Shown: piece by piece, positions 10,053-20,700 of the stretch
Numbering within the stretch: the first letter of the stretch is position 1
How the letters are laid out: each line of letters starts with the position of its first letter
Origin: Azolla caroliniana
Lineage: Eukaryota > Plantae > Polypodiophyta
Assembly (NCBI GenBank): GCA_043228905.1
Contig: JBHGNT010000002.1
Location: forward strand, 15,314,001-15,378,000
DNA: 64,000 bases
Direction of reading: 5' to 3'
Position numbers and translations under genes: made by a program
The notes under the pieces: model-generated
The model's input: only the letters and a program-made list of their open reading frames with translations
The model's database searches: none
Told to the model about the DNA's origin: nothing

Positions 10053-13000
10053 TTAGTTTTTCTCCGGTCCTATCGGAACTTTGCCCGAAGCGTGCAACTG
10101 GCCGGCCCCTTGTCGGTTTGTCGTCGTTCTGCTCTCCTCGAGTGCCGGCTCATGCTCCTCCTTACTGGCTTGGTGGTAGTCGTCGTCTTCACCGGTTGTC
10201 GTTATGGTTGGCCTGCCAGCGTCTGATTCGGTGCCGGCCTTTCGTTCAAATGGGTTCTTAGGCATAGGTCCTTTGTATGGTTTTAGTCTAAATCCATTGA
10301 CCCATTTGCCCAACACTTCCCCGGCAAGTGTCCCCAACTGGTAGGACCCATTGAACTCGCGTGTGATCCAGTATGGTCTGGTCCATCTAAACCGTAGTTT
10401 ACCTGGCATTTTGCCCATCCGGGTCTGGAACACGAGTACCGGCTTGCCGGTCCCGAACATCTTTTCGTTTCCCTTCCATTGCCAATCTACAAATGCTTTC
10501 CATCTCCGTTGTTCCAATTCCAGGTGCATAATGCTCACCAGTCGGTGCTCTTCCAGTTCGCACAGAGCCTTTAACCGAATTGCCTCCGATTCCTTTTCGT
10601 TCAATCATTCCCGAATCTGAATCCATAAGCTTGGTACCTGGAACTCGACCGGCATGGAATGCTAACCGGAACGGTGTTGTCCGGATGCTTGTTTTGTACG
10701 CTGTCCGGTAAGCCCAGAGCGCACTGTGCAACTTTGTGTCCCAATCTGTCCTAAACCGGCGACGGCATCCAAAACTCCATTCGTAAATGGAAGTGGAAAT
10801 GCATCCATTGCCGTTGACGCATTGAGCTTCCGGTAATCGACACAAACTCTAATTTTGCCGTTCTTTTTCGGTACGACTACGATCGGGCTCAGCCATGTAG
10901 ATTTCTTTATGGGACGGATGAAGCCGACCCTCAGTAATTTGTCGATCTCCTCCTTGACTTTGGCGGCGTAGTTTGGGTTCATCCGGTACCGACGATGTGC
11001 CACCGGCTTGGCGTCTTTGCTCAGATGTATCTGGTGTTGATACAACTAAGGATCCAGGCCTCTCATATCCTCGTACGACTAGGAAAAGACGTCGTAAAAC
11101 TCGTTGAGGAGTGTGATTATCGCCGTTTTGTTCTTTGCATTCATTTCTTTGGCGATGTGCACCGGTTTTGCCTCCTCCGCCGTTCCTAGATTTACCTCTT
11201 CTAATTGGGACGCTTTTACGCGTTGGGATATGGCCATTTTCCTTTCCAACGCCTCCTGCGCATGCCGTAACTCCCGGATTGCTTCTTTATCTGGTTCCGC
11301 TTCGGTTCCGTCCGATTGCAGTAAGTAGGGTGATACCGCTTCCGCGACGTCGATTTCGAATAGAGGTACAATCTTCGGGTTCTCCAGCAAGTACTGCTCT
11401 TCTTCTTCGTCTGCTAATCCTTCTAGCATATTGACACACTCCGCATATAACGGTGTCAGATCCTTGCCGGGGCCCTTCCTTGGTTGTGTTGGTACCCGTA
11501 CCTTCGCTTTTCCCCGCTGGAACGTAATCATATTCCTCCTCCAGTTCTGCTTGATATGTGCCGTTTTTAACCAAGGGCGTCCCAACAATAATGGGTACGC
11601 TCCTTCAGCCTGCAACTGGAGAACTATGGCTGAGATTCGGAATGTGTGGCCCCCGATGGTTACTTCCAAGTTCCGTATTAAACCTGTCGGTCGCACCGAG
11701 CTTGTGTCTGCCATTCGGAGCCAGAACGGACATGTTTCCCACTCTCAGATTCCAAGAGCATCGCATGTCCGGAGGCTGATTACATTAAAGCCGGAGCCTC
11801 CGTCTATTATCGTGTCGGGGAGTTCTTTCCCTTTCACAATGGTCGTAATTGCCGGACTGTTGGTGTCCACCATGGCCGGTCCTTCTTCCGGATTTGAGAA
11901 GAATGCCGGAGCCAGTGGTGTTCCGCCAGTCGTCATGCCGGACTTGAGTCCTTCTGTGAATCTTGGTACTAACTGCAAGAGTCATCCTAACGGCAGCGTG
12001 ATCTGTCATTCCTACAATACCTGCCATGTCACGTTTTCGGACTGACTGCCGCCAGCGAGCTCTTCGGTGTTCTCCTTCTATTGCGTGAGTTCTGCTACTT
12101 TTCGCTCATTTGTCTTTTTCACCCATTCCGTTGCCTGTTTCCGGATGGCCTCTTGTGTCTCCCATTCCGTAGTCTTCCCCTTTGACCTTGTGGTGACCTG
12201 CTGGAGGTCTGCGACTTTGGCAACTACCATGTTTACTGTCGGTCGCTTATCATAGCTTTTTGCCAGACATTGATTACTATAATGTCCTTCTTGCCGGCAG
12301 TAATAGAAATATGCTTTCCGGGTGTTGCTGGATTCGGCATTATTTCCTGTACCCGGTGGAGGACTTGTGGTAACTGCGGGGCTCTCGTCTGGTTGGCTAC
12401 TTGAGGCACCTTTTTCCAGTTCACGTGGGTGGCTCCCGTTTTTGAAATGCCGTTTTTTATTAAAATTCTTTTTGTTGCGGTACCCTTGCCGGGGTTGGTC
12501 GTCATACCTCCCATAATCTTCCCCGTCGTTGGTGATACCCAGGGGAGTGATCCCGGTTGTGATGCTCATACCGTCCATTGTAATCTCAGTACTTGTCGTA
12601 TCTCTTGTACCGGTCGTAGTTGTCTCGCCGATTGTCGTACCGGACATCTTGTGCCAGTCGATATCGCTCCTCTTGTTGCCAACATTCGTCTTCTTCGTTT
12701 CGGCTACTACGTGGCTCGATTTGCCGGATTGGTGGAGCTTGCCGATTCAATAAGTTATATTCGCACCGGTCCATCGTGTGGCTCGTAGATTGGCAGAGAA
12801 AGCAGTGCGTCCGCATGGTGCACTCCAGTGACGAGTGTTCGGAATTCAAGCAGGTCGTGCATTGGATTGCTTGCCGGAAATGGAGATCCTCATCGGTTAG
12901 TAATGCTCATAATGCTCGTTGGAGGGCTCCCATTGTTAGCCAAGAGCTCGTTTTTTCCATTTCTCTAACCCGGTCGATGACCTGGTCAACGGTGCTTGTG

Positions 13001-13997
13001 CGAAAGTCAATGACCGTGCATACCATTCGTCGAGGTTCCGGAGCGCTGCTAAAAATATAGCCCGCATTTCTTCCTCTGGAGGTGCGTGGGTAAGCCGGCT
13101 GTGCATCCGTTGAAACCGGATTACAAAATGCGGGATGCTCTCGCTGGGGTCCTGCCGAATTGTATAAAATAAGCCCACCATTTCTTGCTGATCCACCTCC
13201 TTCTGGAAGAAGTGCAAGAATTTGTCTTTCAGGTCCGCAAAGGTGGTGATTGTGCTGCGATCCTGCGTCCGGTGCCATCTGGCGGCCGGTCCTTGTAATG
13301 TCACGCCGAATTCGGCTATCTTGGATCGTTCCTCTTCTGCCGCAGTTAGCCGTTGTGACACATGGTTCGCTTCCTCCGCGTCCAGGTCATCCCGATACTT
13401 GGAGTACTAGAACGGCATATCGTCGTCCGGTGTCGGTACGCGGCCTGGCGGTGTCGGTGGTCTTTCTTGCTGTTCCGCCGGCGTTTGAGGTCTTTGCCGG
13501 TCTTCCTTTGGTGTTGCCGGCTCGACTTCCGGTGTTGGAAATTTTTGCCGGTGCACTTCCATCTTCGGAGGTTGCTCCACGATGAGTACCGGAGGTTCTC
13601 GGTCTCCCAACTCTGGTTCCGGTGTCGGTAAGGTATCCAACTTCTCGTCCTCCGGTCCTCCTAGGGTGTCATTACTGCTGTGATAGTTTGTATGCGCGCT
13701 GTAACCCCCTTCTGAATCCGATTCCAATGCTGAAAATGCTTCGAATTTGCCGTCTCTTCCAGCCGCGGCCTGGAGAAGGGTTTTCACTTCCCGGAGGCTG
13801 CTTAAGCTGCTTACTTCGTCCAGGTAGGCGTTTTGTTGCAGGCGGAGCGACTCCTCCGCCACTTTCTGGATCACTTTGGAAAATGATCGATCCGTTCGGA
13901 TTTCTTCCGCTGCTTGCTGAAAAGCCTCTCGCCGCTGTCTCCGTTCAGCAAGTCTTTGTGCTCTCTCTATAAACAGGTCGTCTGTTGGCCTAGTCAT
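10053..13997 (-). pseudogene. gag-pol: A1 gag-pol remnants
   Basis: Gag (13407-13997, 12936-13361), YYCRQEGHYSNQC knuckle, protease 11079-11978, RT start KIRVCVDYRKLN, and integrase C-terminus GKLRFRW..PY. Confidence 0.9.
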
Positions 13998-14035
13998 CCA
14001 TTCCTGCCGCTGTTCACTACGATAATGCAGGAATC

Positions 14036-14045
14036 GTGGTCGCCA
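14036..14045 (-). other. A1 primer-binding site TGGCGACCAC (tRNA-Arg type)
   Basis: Lies 7 nt after the 5' LTR end on the minus strand and is identical in A2 (47058-47067). It matches the 3' end of plant tRNA-Arg(UCG) as I recall it. Confidence 0.75.
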
Positions 14046-14052
14046 AAAACTG

Positions 14053-14516
14053 TGTTATTGCTAGGGCCGGACAACAGCCTAACACAGGGTGTCCCCTTAA
14101 GACACGTCACCAAAGGGTGGTACGACAGAATAACTTACGGCACAACGCTTAATTAGACCTTAATCGATTACTTAGCCATCCGTAATTAACACGCGTAAGA
14201 TGTAACAATAAATACAGAACAGTAACCAACACTTGAAGATTAAGACAATAAGCTTTTATTAATTATCCGCTCCTGATTACATTGTAACCAGGCCTTTATA
14301 TAGGTCTCCGGTGCGAAATACAAAACAGTGCCAACCGGCACCTTTACGGAATCGTTCCGGATCCGGATCAGCATACCGATTCCGGTCCATCCGTCCACAT
14401 CTTCTTATATAATAATATGTATATATTAAGACTACTAATTACAACAGTTCCCGAATAACTATTCCTTTCACACTCTAGTTTGGACCTCCTTAAGCCTTCT
14501 TTGTTGGCCGGTAACA
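14053..14516 (-). repeat. A1 5' LTR
   Basis: Direct repeat of 6366-6829, followed on the minus strand by the PBS and gag. Confidence 0.95.
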
Positions 14517-15220
14517 TGATTCTAATATCAGTCGGACGGCTCGATGACAAAGGTTATAGCGGTCACTTCCGAAATTGCACATGGGAATTCTGTAGAGGGA
14601 ACTTGATCGTGATTCGGGTCAAGAACTAAAATACATTATACATGATGCATGCACGACTGAGCCGAAACGAGGTAAATGCGGCAACCGACACAACCGGAGA
14701 GTTGTGGCATAAGAGGCTATCTCACATGAGTTAGAAGGGTATGTAGATGTTGGTCGGAAAACAACTCTTGCCGGAAGTGAAGAATGTGCATTTGGACAAA
14801 TGTGTCGACTGCCTGGCCGACAAACGAAATAGAGCCGCCTTTCGATCTAGGCCTCTGATGTAGAGGAAAAATGCCTTGGAACTTGTACACACCGATGTGT
14901 GCTATGTAGATGCAAGGTCTCATTCTAGTGGACAGTACTTCGTAAACTTCATAAATGATTATAGGCATAAGTTGTGGGCTTACGTGCAAAAGACGAAGGA
15001 TCAAGTATTGAGTGTCTTCAAGGTGTTCCAGGTGAGAGCCGACAGAGAAACTGGATGGAACTTGAAGGTGGTCCGAACGGACAATGGCAGTGAATACCGA
15101 GGGCAGTTCGAGGAGAACTGTCGGTAAAAGGGAATCCGGCTTGAATATACCGTACCGAAGACGCCAATGTTGAACGGGCTAGCCGAAACAATGAACCAGA
15201 CACCATCATGGAGAGAGTTG
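14517..15220 (+). pseudogene. Degenerate Copia GAG-pre-integrase/integrase fragment
   Basis: Translates to ISVGRLDD, GELWHKRL, ELVHTDVC and RTDNGSEYRGQF, similar to the intact Copia at 18083-22156. The paralog is at 55427-56130. Confidence 0.85.
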
Positions 15221-15428
15221 CCTCTTTAATATTCTTTATGATAAAATATTTGTACTTAAATTCTTTATTCCTTTTACATTAAATGATGTTTGGGGAAATC
15301 GTGATGCTTGTAATGGTGATTTAAGATGCACTTTAATATTGAATTGAAAATTAAAAGTTATATTGGAACTAACTAGTCATATTATTGAATGGTCAACTTG
15401 GAATACATGAAATTCATGACGATATTGC

Positions 15429-15550
15429 CATGCATGCCTTCGGAGCTTTACTTCCATGATCGTGTCACGATGAAATTAAAATATCATTTCGTGCTCACAA
15501 AAGTAAGCATGGCATACAGTTAAACTAAGCTTCTACATGCTCTATTTAAA
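15429..15550 (+). promoter_or_regulatory. Putative core promoter of dirigent-like gene 1
   Basis: TATTTAAA at 15543-15550, ~95 bp upstream of the ATG, and an RY-type CATGCATG at 15429-15436. Both are conserved in copy 2. Confidence 0.5.
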
Positions 15551-15637
15551 GCTAGCCAAATCCTTGCAAAGGTCATTCCATATCTCTCTTGAAAACCTCA
15601 TCATCAGTACTTAGAATTCATCTCAATACTTATAGCA

Positions 15638-16189
15638 ATGGCGTCTAGATATAACGTTTCCTACATGAAGATGATGGTACTCATGGTGCTTCTAATGGCG
15701 GCATGTGTTGCAGCAAAAAAGAAGGTGGTATTGAAGTACTACACACAACAACAACTTGGGGTGAATGAGTTTGGGATGGTCTCAGCAGCTGTTCCTCCGG
15801 CCAAAGGCACATTCACTGGTGTTGGCCTTCAAGTGGTTTATAACTACACATTGACCAAGACAGGAAACCCAACATCCCAAGTATTGGGCGTCATTCGCGG
15901 CACCTCTGTGGTGACCTCCAACACTGTCAATGCCACCATTTTTGTTGTCAACACCGTTGTGCATTACGTTAATCCCAAGAAAGGGGGTCTCAAGGGCACT
16001 TTCACCACACAAGGTGAGGCCGACTTTGGTAGTGGACAACCCTTCGAATTAGCCGTGACAGGTGGCACTGGTGACTTTCGTGGCGTGTATGGCTACACTA
16101 TCGCCAACAACTTCAAATTTACACCACCTACTGGCAACTCAACTGCCAAGGTCACAAAATTCTATCAAACTCGCCTTTGGTGGCTCTAA
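15638..16189 (+). CDS. Secreted dirigent-like protein (183 aa), copy 1
   Basis: Intronless ORF with a hydrophobic signal peptide (MMVLMVLLMAACVAA) and a beta-rich body. Dirigent-type motifs: LKYY, LT...PTSQVLG..RG, GTFTTQG and ELAVTGGTGDFRGVYGY. N-glycosylation sequons NYT, NAT and NST. Confidence 0.85.
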   Translation: MASRYNVSYMKMMVLMVLLMAACVAAKKKVVLKYYTQQQLGVNEFGMVSAAVPPAKGTFTGVGLQVVYNYTLTKTGNPTSQVLGVIRGTSVVTSNTVNATIFVVNTVVHYVNPKKGGLKGTFTTQGEADFGSGQPFELAVTGGTGDFRGVYGYTIANNFKFTPPTGNSTAKVTKFYQTRLWWL

Positions 16190-16849
16190 ATTATAGATGC
16201 TAGAATTATCTTCCTCATTTATGGGATTGATAAAAAAATACATGGCTTTAGGAAACTCTTTCTTTCATACCAATTAATATGAATTGGTGAATGCATTGTC
16301 TTCCTATATGTAGGAAGATTTATTTATTTATTTATTAATAATGAAACTTAATATCGTGGATCCTACAAAACCATGCAAAGATCAATGTTTAGTTTCATTT
16401 CAATGATGATAAATTATGTTACACAATGTTTCACTATACATGCAAGATGATTGTGTTCCATATCCGAGGATTCTCATTTCTTTTGTTTAAGCATGTGAAT
16501 GTGCAACAATAAACAATGGCGTATTGAACATTGGAATAGACCTCTTCCCTTTAAATACATTTGTTTTTTAAATCGAGAATGAATCCACTAATATATGTCC
16601 CACTAGATGGCTAACAAGATGGGGTATGGTGAGACCTATCAAACCACATGTTTCCACTCTACCCTAACCGAAAAAATCGGGTTTCAAATTACAATGTGAA
16701 GAAATCCAAATGTCTCCTAATGTAAATCACTAGTTTACCAACCTCGAAAACCTTCTCCAAGTCCACATCAATCCTCAGATGTTTGGTATTGGTTGTATTT
16801 TCACCGTTGTAGATATTATTTAGATAGCGAGAAAAACCTTCACCATGTG

Positions 16850-17460
16850 CTTTTGAGGCATCTCAATCACTTTATGAGTCCGGATATACTAGCTCTTGGT
16901 GTAGCATGATGGTGAGTTTGCTTCTGGCAAATTTTAATCTCTCATGAGGACCGTAATAAATTAATACGCCAATAAATATGGCAAATTTACACTCGGTATA
17001 AACGGATAACCCCATTAGTGGCACTCCCATCTAAAATGTTGTACTATAAGGAACACTTCATCCACTTCTCTAAGTTAGGTTTTATTACACAACTAAAATA
17101 TCTAGATATATTCTTGCCAAATGCACTAAGGGTTGCCATTGGACAACTTCGAATATCATCTCACCAACTTGATATTGAGAATGGTCATACTAATGGGGTC
17201 CCTAGAGAGGAACGGATATGTAGATTATGTCACATAGAAATAGAGGTGAGTACCACTTTACATGCAAGTGTCCAACTTACGCCGAGATAAGGGAAAAATA
17301 CCAAGACATGCTCGGACCTTCTCCCACCCTCTCCAAACTATTAGATACTCTAGATATAAAGAAGTTAGGTAGATATATCTTAGAGCTAAAACAACATAGA
17401 GAGAATAAACTACAAAATATTAACAATAACTTTTCTAATATTCACCAACATTTAGCCAAT
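16850..17460 (+). mobile_element. Degenerate non-LTR (LINE) ORF2 C-terminal fragment
   Basis: LRISSHQLDIENG...PREERICRLC....E.EYHF.C.CPTY..IR is a CCHC-type C-terminal motif typical of RTEX/L2-like LINEs. It is frameshifted. The paralog is at ~57770-58390. The 5' boundary is uncertain. Confidence 0.7.
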
Positions 17461-17707
17461 GAATTTTTTCATGGACGGGAGAAGACGATGAATGTGGACG
17501 CACATGCACCGCTCGGCCTCTTCCTTGATGAAGTAGAAAACCAAAGAAGAACCAAACGCCCTCGGATGTCGTGTTTCAAAGCAACTCGACGTGGTGTAGA
17601 ACCAATTAAGAAAATAAGGAAATGTGAGCTACACCACGTGGAAGCCATGGTTGGGATAGTTTCTACATCGGGACCATGGGCCACACCCACATCGAAACCC
17701 TTTGACC

Positions 17708-20700
17708 TGTTGGGATTTCGGTCCCTTCGGATGGGATGGTCGGATGTCGGAGACGAATGCCGACAAGCCCGGTTTCGGTTTCGGATCCGGATGACGAAGA
17801 CCCCGGCTTCGGTGCCGGATGACGAATGTACCCGGAGAGCGATCCGGATGCAGGGACATATCCGTGAATATGTTTGCTATGGGCCCCTGAGGCTATAGTT
17901 GTAAATAGCCCCAAAGTCATATATGTATAAATATGACTTAGGGCAAACTGTTTTATGCTTGCTGATCATTTTCCTATTTTCTGCTGCATTGATCCGTGAT
18001 TAATCGGTTGTGACCGAGTGGTGAAGGTGAATAGAAGCGTCGATTCCCAACAATCTGGTATCAGAGCAAGCTGTTGCAGAAAATGGAAGGCGGCGGCAGC
18101 GGGCAGCCGGGGATGATGGTGCTGAATGCGCAGAATTACGCCGACTGGAAGATCAAGATGGAGGATCTTCTGATTGTTCGGGACCTGTACGAACCGATTG
18201 ACAGGTCGGAAATACCGAAGGGGGTACTTGAGTCGGAGTGGAAGCTCCTGAACCGGAAAGCCGTAGCGACGATCCGACAATATGTCGATGTAAGCGTCCT
18301 ACAACACGTGGCGAATGACACCAACGCATATGAGATGTGGAAGAAGCTGTCGGGCCTCTACGAGAGGAAGAATGCGTTGAACCGGACCTCCCTGATGAGG
18401 AAGATAGTGAATCTCAAGTACCGGGACGGCGAGAGTATGGTGGAACACGTAAGCACGTTCATGGGATTCGTGAATCAGCTTGCGGCGATCAAGTTCCCGT
18501 TGGAGGATGCAATGCAAGCCATCATCCTGATGTGTACATTGCCGGAAAGCTGGGAGAACTTGGTGGTGACTCTCAGCACCTCCTGCACCGAAGATAACTT
18601 GTCCTTACAAACGGTAAAGACAAGTATTTTGAACGAAGAAGCGCGTCGGAGAGATAAAGAACCGGCCTCCGACTCGAAGGCGCTGCTTACCGAATCGGAT
18701 CGGGGAAGACAATGGAACCGGAGTCCGCAAAGACGGGAGAAGTCGGGGACCCGGTCGCAGTCAAGAGGAAGACCCACATGCTTCCACTGTGGGAAGCCGG
18801 GGCACTTCCGAAAGAATTGTCGGCATTACCGAAAAGACAACGGAGCCGACAACACCGATTCGAAGAAGTCACCGGAGAGAAACGGTGCATACCGGGGAGC
18901 CACGGACCGGAGAGGTTCGGATCGGCGAGGGCAGGACCGGAAAGGAATGACGGCACTCGCGGCAAGTGAAGAGGAGATCATGCTCATCACCGAAGAAGGT
19001 GAACTAAACATTGCCGGCGATGAGACGACCTGGGTGGTCGATTCCGGAGCATCGTTCCACCTGACCCCGGAGAGAAGATACTTCTCATCCTACACAGCCG
19101 GTGAGCATGGCTATGTTCGGATGGGAAATGAAGGTACGTGCCGGATTGCCGGCATCGGAGACGTGTGGTTGACAACCCCGACCGGATGCAAAATGCTGCT
19201 GAAGGATGTCCGACACGTTCCGGAGGTTCGATTGAACCTAATTTCGGCCGGGAGGCTAGACGATGAAGGCTACACAGGTAGCATCCGGAACGGCGTAATG
19301 AAGTTCAGCAAGGGGAGCCTGATAGTGGCTCGGGCCCGGAAAGACAACACACTGTACCTGATGAATGCCCGGTTATGTCCAGAAGAGCTGAATGTGGCAG
19401 CCGACACTGCCGGTGAGCTGTGGCACAAAAGACTGTGCCACATGAGTGAGAAGGGGATGAAGAGGCTTGCAGAAGACAACCTTATTCCAGTGAAGCATGT
19501 GCACCTGGAGAAGTGCACCGATTGCCTGGCCGGTAAGCAGAACCGAACCTCCTTCCACTCAAGGCCACCGACGAGACGTAGCGCACCATTGGAGTTGGTG
19601 CACACTGATGTGTGTCAGGTAGAAACGAAGTCACATGGCGGAGCCCAGTACTTCGTAACATTCATTGATGATCACAGCCGGAAGCTGTGGACGGCACCGC
19701 TGAAGACAAAGGACCAAGTGTTGTGCGTCTTCAAAGAACTCCACGCGAGAGTGGAAAGAGAATCCGGCAAGAAGCTGAAAGCGATACGAGCGGATAACGG
19801 AGGGGAATACCGGGGACAGTTCCAGGAGTACTGTCGCTCGAAGGGAATCCGGCTCGAGTTTACTGTGCCGAAGACGCCGGAACTAAACGGGCTGGCCGAG
19901 AGGATGAACCGGACCATAATGGAGAGGGTCCGGAGTATGCTGGCGCATGCGAAATTACCCAAGGGATTTTGGGCTGAGGCAATGTCGACGGCGACATACG
20001 TGATAAACAGATCACCCTCAGTACCTTTGGACGGAGACACGCCGCAGAAAGTGTGGACCGGTAAGGAAGTGTCCTACCGGCATCTGAAGGTGTTCGGGTG
20101 TCTCGCATACGTGCATGTGGCAAAGGACCGGAGAGGAAAGCTAGATCCGAAGACCCGGCCATGCATATTCCTCGGTTACGGCGACGACGAGTTCGGCTAC
20201 CGAGTATGGGACCCGGTCGACAAGAAGATATTCAGGTGTCGAGACATCATCTTCATGGAGGACAAGACACTCGCCGACTGGGAGTCGGAGAAGAAGATGA
20301 AGAGCTCCAAGTTGACCGGTGAGGATCAACTCTACGAGGAGCAGTCCCGACCGGCAAGGGACCGGTTAGCACTCGAGGATCCGGCCGAAGACGGTGAAGA
20401 AACAGAACCGGCTGAAGAAGATGAAAATGATACCGGAACCGGCCCCGATCCCGAAATGGATTCGGATGAAGAAGAATCGGAAGAACCGGTTACCGAAGCT
20501 CCGGAACGGAGATATCCTCTAAGAGAGAGAAGGGCCCCCCGGAGATTTCCGGAACCAGAGCACGTGCTGCTAACCGACGAGGGGGAGCCGGAGAGCTTTG
20601 AAGAAGCAAAACATGACACCCAGAGCCGCAGGTGGTTGAGTGCCATGCAGGACGAGATGGATTCCCTGCATGAGAACCACACATATGAACTTGTGGAGTT

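Larger units (their letters stand above)
6366..14516 (-). mobile_element. Non-chromovirus Ty3/Gypsy family A, copy A1 (internally deleted, non-autonomous)
   Basis: Two 464-bp LTRs (6366-6829, 14053-14516) with about 24 differences by eye. TSD is TGAAT/TGATT, and the empty site is at 55427-55431. On the minus strand: gag, CCHC knuckle, protease (IIDGGSG) and an RT start fused to the integrase end at ~10752. Confidence 0.95.

Noticed and set aside
10740-10770. A1 and B2 deletions both break just after RT D-x-V-A (10752, ~51285), suggesting splicing
   Set aside because: No consistent GT-AG junction can be reconstructed and the downstream partners differ. With two cases it may be coincidence.
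6366-14516. Reading A1 as a + strand element whose normal PBS is TGGCACGCCCGTGGGAC at 6832
   Set aside because: gag-pol, the accessory ORF, the LTR TATATAAA/AATAAA and a separate PBS (14036-14045) are all on the minus strand, and there is no PPT before the right LTR on + either.
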